Shown: piece after piece, positions 25,601-30,312 of the stretch | Position numbering within the stretch: the stretch's first letter is position 1 | Layout: each line of letters opens with the position of its first letter | IMG/VR virus record: IMGVR_UViG_3300033067_000779 | Location: 1-30,312 of that record | Source of the DNA: a virus | Lineage: Duplodnaviria; Caudoviricetes | DNA: 30,312 bases | Reading direction: 5' to 3' (one strand) | Notes under the pieces: model-generated | The model's database searches: none | Told to the model about the DNA's origin: nothing | The model's input: only the letters and a program-made list of their open reading frames with translations | Position numbers and translations under genes: made by a program

Positions 25601-26685
25601 GCAAGGCGAAGGGCAAGGGCAAAGGCAAGGCGAAGGGGCCGTCGCAGGCCGACACGGATAAGGAGCTAGAGGCCACCGAGAAGGCGATTGCGCTCCTGAA
25701 CGCCATCGCCGAGCTACGGGCGCTCCTCGCCGAGGGCGCGGCGCCGATCGACGGCAAGGCGCTGGAGCGGCTGGCGGCGGAAGCCAAGATGGCGCTCGGC
25801 GCCACATTGGCCCGCCTCATCCCGCTCACGGAGGATCAGGCCGAGGCCGCCGAACGCTACATGGACGCGGCGTCCAACGCCATCGGCATTCTCTCCGACG
25901 TGCTCAGCCTGCGCTCGGAGCTTGCCGAGGCGCACGGCCCGATTGACGGGCGCGTGCTGGAGCGACTGGCCGAGGAAGCCCGGCAGGCGCTCGGAGCGCT
26001 GCTGGCCCGCCTGCTGCCCGCCACCGAGTCGCTTGCCGACCGGGTGGGCGCCTACGCCGACGCGGTGGGGAGCGCGGTGTCGGCCCTCGTGGACACGCTG
26101 AAGCTCAGGAAGGAACTGAGCGACCCGGCGCTCTACCAGCCGATCGATCCGAAGCTGGTGGATATGCTCGTGCGCGATGCCGACGTGGTAATCGCCGCGA
26201 TGAACAAGGCCGCCGCCCGCTACGAGACGAAGGGGCTAGAGGCGGCGCAGACGTTCGCGGACGCGCTGAGCAGCACCTACGGCGCGTTCCACGATGCCCT
26301 GGTGTTCAACCAGGCGCTCACGGACAGCGCGTTCGCGTTCGATCCGAAGGCGTTCGCGCAGTTCGAGAAGGGCGTCATGGCGACCTTGGACGGCACCGAG
26401 CGGCTTGCGGCCCGCGCGGCGGCCATCCCCGAGGCGCACATTGCGCGGCTCGATGCGGTGATGGCGACCGTCGGGAGCACATCGGAGGCGCTGATCAAGC
26501 TTGCGGCCGTGCCGTGGGCAGACATCCCGAAAGCCGCCGGGGCGTTCGGCGGGCTTGGCATCGGCGGCGGGATTGGCGGCACGACCATCAACAACACGTT
26601 CCACATCAGCGGCAGCGACCCGAACGCCATCGCAGACACCGTGGTGCGCCGCATCAGCAGTCAAATCGCCGGGAGGCGCGCCTAA
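22600..26685 (+). CDS. Tape measure protein
   Basis: 1361 aa, Ala-rich and helical; 'DLVTGLGRGSALILDNLGI' motif; canonical position. Confidence 0.9.
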   Translation: MAKTIQIKIQAQADLKALKEVQAALGALGKTSGKGGSAGLVQQTQAAAKLAVANDKAAISNQRLAAAAAQANAAQGRAAAATSQAAAAQSRAALAALRLEQAQTRAAAATARASSGMAVLPRTIAGLSHEAAAFATSMLGVGTAMAAIGTGVELAQLGAQAALVEERFNGLAEAAGTTGDALMGALRAASGGEISDMNLQLAANRAQLLGVADSAEEMGVLMQIARDRAQAMGISTTQAFNDLVTGLGRGSALILDNLGIMVEVGEVNEAYAASVGKSVTALTEAEKKQALINAVISQGKDTIAATGGAVESTAGTFQALQANADNAKAAVGRVIGELLKVPAQVTTEILVKVTRNAELAAKAPGENRADIADAARTAKDYDQYRASIDKVNEGLRAQAQSARVAFAGVEPLTEAQFRYVKAQEAAKVPTEKAIANVQKLAGAFDIAAQVQDKTGNQELADDMVRIAALSPEAAHGVETLGRAFVAGQLSGEGFSGALRGLEGDQQAEAAAAALVTQRHGEQTAGTLQVADASIAAAQASRDAAAGSVEQAAASELAALQANAMTSALDQSVNAGLSAEAAAMRLAAQFGVSESAAIAAANAYYAARDAAAAFALVAGGLATFSGAAGLANQRSGERGGSGSAATDAARTRAQMAANEAARRAASATGGRAGGGGGGGARVSDEQKAGEQIASIAEKTAQRLIEIDQRAAEARAAAYRSLAAEILASSAAMVAQQEADDLDLVGASEEEAQRLMAREQAQAKARVAMSEAVAEARARAESDPALAEDVLKARQEQISAQQDLDQRYAERQAELAENPEALAALKTQYDEATAAISDQTAIQVELAEKKAADAAAAAVAEKDAVIKEAQAQASGVKGATDAQISAFNSWASGARAAADRVIAAMQDAGRAVASVPSPSGGSSGGGGGASAPSTGGGGGGGVSAKSGGGAVVAGGMVAMGALTPMAGQPDVEEAARRAQEILKPKPGASAPPAPAAPKGKGKGKAKGKGKGKAKGPSQADTDKELEATEKAIALLNAIAELRALLAEGAAPIDGKALERLAAEAKMALGATLARLIPLTEDQAEAAERYMDAASNAIGILSDVLSLRSELAEAHGPIDGRVLERLAEEARQALGALLARLLPATESLADRVGAYADAVGSAVSALVDTLKLRKELSDPALYQPIDPKLVDMLVRDADVVIAAMNKAAARYETKGLEAAQTFADALSSTYGAFHDALVFNQALTDSAFAFDPKAFAQFEKGVMATLDGTERLAARAAAIPEAHIARLDAVMATVGSTSEALIKLAAVPWADIPKAAGAFGGLGIGGGIGGTTINNTFHISGSDPNAIADTVVRRISSQIAGRRA
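25585..25632 (+). repeat. Perfect 24-bp tandem duplication encoding KGKGKGKA twice
   Basis: AAGGGCAAGGGCAAAGGCAAGGCG at 25585-25608 and 25609-25632. Confidence 0.9.
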
Positions 26686-27998
26686 TGGCAACCAACCTCA
26701 CGCTCGATACGATCAACCTCCACGACGGCACGACGTACGAGCTGTCCATGAACGACGCGACCGGGCAGCGCTACACACCGCTCGCGCCGACGCCGATTAC
26801 GCTCGCCACCGGCGGCCCGCCGTTCACGCCGGGCCGCTACCCGGTGTGGATGCAGTACGACAACGTGGTGGAGTCGTTTGGCGTCCAGGTGCGCGGGGCG
26901 AGCCGGGACACCATCGTGGCGAACGTGCGCGCCATCCGGCAGCCGCTCGCCGCCTGCCGCTGGAAACCGCAGTTGCTCCAGTGGACGCCGAACGGGCACA
27001 CGGACACGCTGCGCGGCGCCGTGATGAGCGGGTCGCTCCAGGAGCTACCGGCATTTCTCAATGAGGAAGACGGGCGCGGCATGGCCCGCTGCGTCATCAC
27101 CTGGGAGCGCTGGCCGTTCTGGTATAGTCCCACGTCGGAGACGATCGTGAACGCCGTCACCTACACGAACACCGGCGGCAGCGGCGGGAACGTCGAGGAT
27201 CTACCGGCCACGCTCAAGGGCGACTACGGCGGGCACGGCCAGCCGATGAACGTCTTTTTCAGCGGCGGGGACGTGGCCGTCGCGGCGGCGCTGCGGATGT
27301 ACGTGGCGACGACCTCAAACCCCGGCTTCCTCAACCGGAACGACTCGCTGATCACCTCGTCAACCTCGTGGGCGGATGCGGGCAGCGCCTCGACGCTGGC
27401 GACGGGCGAGCCGGATCTGCCGTACCGGCTGCTGATGCGCGTCGCCTCGCCGGACGCCGACCTCGCGCTGCGGTGCATCGTGCGGATCGGCTCGGCGTCG
27501 GGGCCGATCATCTGGACGACCGGCGCGTGGCGGCCGGGGGCAAGCACGGCCGCCTACTACGACTTCGGCTTCTTCCGCATCCCGCCGCAGTTCGACCGGG
27601 CGAGCTATGACCAGGATCTCTACATCACGCCGCAGTTTCGCAGCCACAGCGGCAGCGCCACGACCGGCACGCTCGACTTCCTCGAATGTCCGCGCTACTA
27701 CACGTTCGCCCGGATTGACACCCGCGTAACGCCGGGCAGCAATCAGGTGCTCGTCATCGAGTCGTTCCCCGACTCGTTCGGCGTGACCGGCCTGCCGCAC
27801 CAGCAGCCGTTCGCGTTTATGACGGACAGCACGAAGATCCTCCAAAACTGCACCGTCCGGGGCACGCTGCCGCTTGCCATCTCCGGCGGCGATCTGTGGT
27901 GCGCGTGGACGAGCGGCGGCGTCCATGACGTGGCGGACAGCATCACCGTGTCGGCGACGAGCCTGCCGCTCTACGCGGCGATGCGGGGCAACGAATGA
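26685..27998 (+). CDS. Putative distal tail protein
   Basis: ATG overlaps the tape measure TAA; beta-rich, 437 aa; 'ITWERWPFWY' resembles the Dit 'PxxY' motif. Confidence 0.65.
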   Translation: MATNLTLDTINLHDGTTYELSMNDATGQRYTPLAPTPITLATGGPPFTPGRYPVWMQYDNVVESFGVQVRGASRDTIVANVRAIRQPLAACRWKPQLLQWTPNGHTDTLRGAVMSGSLQELPAFLNEEDGRGMARCVITWERWPFWYSPTSETIVNAVTYTNTGGSGGNVEDLPATLKGDYGGHGQPMNVFFSGGDVAVAAALRMYVATTSNPGFLNRNDSLITSSTSWADAGSASTLATGEPDLPYRLLMRVASPDADLALRCIVRIGSASGPIIWTTGAWRPGASTAAYYDFGFFRIPPQFDRASYDQDLYITPQFRSHSGSATTGTLDFLECPRYYTFARIDTRVTPGSNQVLVIESFPDSFGVTGLPHQQPFAFMTDSTKILQNCTVRGTLPLAISGGDLWCAWTSGGVHDVADSITVSATSLPLYAAMRGNE

Positions 27999-29146
27999 CC
28001 CTCCCCGTGAACCTCCGCTGCGAGCTGTACAGCCCTGGCACCGGCGGCGCGCCGTCGAGCACGCTGCTCGTAGACCTGGCGCAGCGCATTGACGACCTGA
28101 CGTTCAGCACGTCGGCGCGCTTCGGGTTCGAGTCGGCGTCCGTCTCGCTCGTCACGCCGGTGGAAGAGGCGCTGATGATGGCGCTGCAATGGCTGATGCA
28201 CGGCCTCGTCATCAGCGGCCCAGACGGTACGGTGTGCTGGGAGGGGTTCCTCCACGGCGTCGAGCTTCAGGCCGGGCAGAAGCGGCGGAGCATTAGCCTG
28301 GAGGGGCTGGCGAACCGGGTCAGGACGCGCTACACGACCGTGCTCGGCACGCCGGGCACCACGGGCACCTACAGCAACACGACGAGCCAGGGGATCTACG
28401 GCGTCAAAGACGCGGTGCTGGACCTACCGGAGACGACGACGACGGCGGCGCAGAACTACGCACAAGCGTTCCTGGCGGCCAACGCCTACCCGAAAAGTAT
28501 CCCGGCCTCGGACGCCTATACCGGCGCGCTTGGCGACATCCGGGTCACGCTCTCGTTCGTCGGCTGGTGGGATACGCTGAAATGGCTCCTGACGAGCAAC
28601 ACGACCACCAGCACCGCCGTAACCACCACGCAGGTGACGGACCTCTTGACGGCGTACAACCTGACCAACGCCTTCTTCGGCACCAGCACCGCCAACGTGA
28701 CGGCCTCGGGCGTCTCAGACACGCAGTACATCGAGGCGAATACCACGTACTTCGACAAGGTGCAGCGCCTCTTAGAGCAGGGCAACTCCTCTAACCAGCG
28801 GCTCGCGTGGGGGATCTACGAGGATCGGACGCTGTACGTCAGCGCGTGGGCCGGGGCGACGCCGGACACCGTGACGTACTACGAGAGCATCCGCGACGGG
28901 CTGATCTACAGCAGCGGCGGCGCGGTCGTGGCGCCGTGGGACGTGCGGCCGAACGCGATGGTGGAGACGATGGAGTTCTTGGACCCGGCGCCGGTGTCCA
29001 CGGCGCCCGACTCGGCGGCGCGCTTCTTCTGCGAGCGGACGACGTGCAGCGTCTCCCGCGACCGGATCGGCGTCACGCTGGAGCCGACCGACACCGACAA
29101 CCTCTCGGCACGTCTGGCACGGCTCACGCCGTCGGGGAGGGCGTGA
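27995..29146 (+). CDS. Putative baseplate hub / minor tail protein
   Basis: ATGA overlap; 'VCWEGFL', 'SQGIYGVK'; follows the Dit-like gene. Confidence 0.65.
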   Translation: MTLPVNLRCELYSPGTGGAPSSTLLVDLAQRIDDLTFSTSARFGFESASVSLVTPVEEALMMALQWLMHGLVISGPDGTVCWEGFLHGVELQAGQKRRSISLEGLANRVRTRYTTVLGTPGTTGTYSNTTSQGIYGVKDAVLDLPETTTTAAQNYAQAFLAANAYPKSIPASDAYTGALGDIRVTLSFVGWWDTLKWLLTSNTTTSTAVTTTQVTDLLTAYNLTNAFFGTSTANVTASGVSDTQYIEANTTYFDKVQRLLEQGNSSNQRLAWGIYEDRTLYVSAWAGATPDTVTYYESIRDGLIYSSGGAVVAPWDVRPNAMVETMEFLDPAPVSTAPDSAARFFCERTTCSVSRDRIGVTLEPTDTDNLSARLARLTPSGRA

Positions 29147-29589
29147 TGGACCACGCATTGACGCTCGAACAGGCGAAGACCCTCTTCCTCTCGCTCGGCT
29201 CGGGCTACGTCGAGGGGACGTGGACGCCGGAGATGTACGGCGGCACGTCGGCGGGCACCACGACGCACAGCATTCAGGTTGGCGCCTACACCCGGATCGG
29301 GCGCGTCGTGACGGCAACGGCGAACGTGTCATGGACGAACGCCACCGGCACCGGCGATCTCCGCATCAGCCTGCCGTTCACGGCGGCGAACGTCACCAAC
29401 CAGCGCTACGCCGTCGCCATCCGCACGAGCGAGTTGACGTTCACGGCGACGAGCGGCTTGCAGGGCCTCATCGTGCCGAACACCAACTACCTGCTCATCG
29501 GCGGGCACACCACGAACGGCGTCAACGCCTCGCTCGCCGTCGAGACAGCCGGGAGCGTGGTATTCACGGCGACGTACTTCGTGGAGTAA
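29146..29589 (+). CDS. Tail fibre / receptor-binding C-terminal-like domain protein
   Basis: 'YVEGTWTP..GAYTRIGRVV..ISLPFT..ATYF' is a common fibre-tip motif; TGATG overlap. Confidence 0.7.
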   Translation: MDHALTLEQAKTLFLSLGSGYVEGTWTPEMYGGTSAGTTTHSIQVGAYTRIGRVVTATANVSWTNATGTGDLRISLPFTAANVTNQRYAVAIRTSELTFTATSGLQGLIVPNTNYLLIGGHTTNGVNASLAVETAGSVVFTATYFVE

Positions 29590-29620
29590 CCCAAACCGCC
29601 GTGCATCCGTACATGACACC

Positions 29621-30178
29621 ATGAACACCATCACCCGACTCCTCTACTCCGTGCTCATCCTCTACGCCGTCACAGAAGGTACGGTGTTTGTCGCCTGGTG
29701 GCAGGACTACGACGGCTGGACGTGCCCGTTCTATGTGACGAGCGACGGCGTGCCCCATCACACCGGCTGCGAGCGCACCGGGCCGACGGGCGCGAACGGG
29801 CTGCGCTCACTGTCGATCCCGGTGCCGCCGGACGCCGTGGCCGTCGGCGTGGAGCACCGGGGGTGGGAAGGCGCGCTCGGTGAGGAGCGCCTACCGCTCA
29901 TTGAGGCGCGGTGGACCAGCCGCACCACGGCCGCGCTCACGTTCGTGCAGACGGACGCCGCGCCCGACGCCATTATCACCATCAACGGCAACTTCTTCGC
30001 CGTCGCCACGACCGGGCAGCCCGGCACGTACACGGTGGAGATCCCCGCCCCCGGCTCGGTGGACTATCGCCACCGCCCGTGCCGGGGCTCGGTGCTCTGC
30101 GCCGGGGGCCGCTGCGCCGCGCCGCTGCCCGCGCCGCCGGGCACGGTGTTTCTGCCGCTGGCATGGAAAAGCCCCTAG
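29621..30178 (+). CDS. Hypothetical exported protein with C-terminal 'VFLPLAWK' motif
   Basis: Hydrophobic N-terminus, Pro-rich linker, then FLPL plus a basic residue at the C-terminus. Confidence 0.55.
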   Translation: MNTITRLLYSVLILYAVTEGTVFVAWWQDYDGWTCPFYVTSDGVPHHTGCERTGPTGANGLRSLSIPVPPDAVAVGVEHRGWEGALGEERLPLIEARWTSRTTAALTFVQTDAAPDAIITINGNFFAVATTGQPGTYTVEIPAPGSVDYRHRPCRGSVLCAGGRCAAPLPAPPGTVFLPLAWKSP

Positions 30179-30198
30179 CCGGGTGGGACTAGGGGCTT
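30167..30198 (-). terminator. Intrinsic terminator hairpin (U-tract on the minus strand; possibly bidirectional)
   Basis: AAGCCCCTAG (30169-30178) pairs with CTAGGGGCTT (30189-30198); the minus strand ends in TTTT. Confidence 0.6.
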
Positions 30199-30312
30199 CA
30201 ACTACGCTTGCTGCTTCGGCCTGCCCGGCGGGCGCGGCGTGTGGGGAAGGCGAAACGATGTCGGCTAGGCGGCGCGGCGCTTGGGATGCTGCGCACAACT
30301 CCGCCCCCAATG

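Noticed and set aside
29891-30310. Minus-strand ORF at the right edge
   Set aside because: It runs through the terminator hairpin and overlaps the 29621 gene with no motifs. A convergent gene may end near 30200 but cannot be defined from this window.
1-30312. tRNA/rRNA genes, integrase or att sites, tail sheath gene
   Set aside because: None were recognised by eye, so prophage versus free phage cannot be decided; the lack of a sheath gene supports a non-contractile tail.

Overview
This is a GC-rich, siphovirus-like phage or prophage late region, almost all on the + strand. A Chloroflexota host is inferred from a C-terminal 'FLPL' motif, not proven. Gene order: two small divergent genes; amidase/glucosaminidase endolysin; membrane proteins; metallophosphoesterase; a block of beta-rich or repeat virion proteins; terminase small and large subunits; Mu-like portal; a glycan-enzyme cassette; Mu-like protease/scaffold; capsid decoration protein; major capsid; free-standing GIY-YIG endonuclease; head-tail genes interleaved with two paralogous CgeB-like glycosyltransferases; tail tube; chaperones; tape measure; distal tail genes. 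Highlights: (1) a 347-aa intein splits the TerL Walker A motif, and its interior is the antisense strand of a complete HTH-HNH endonuclease gene with its own consensus sigma70 promoter and RBS, while the intein frame stays stop-free; (2) four putative glycosyltransferases and a nucleotidyltransferase sit among the morphogenesis genes, suggesting virion glycosylation; (3) there are two candidate UUU-based +1 frameshift sites; (4) a promoter-hairpin-terminator leader precedes the head genes. All family calls come from motif recognition by eye; no database searches were run.
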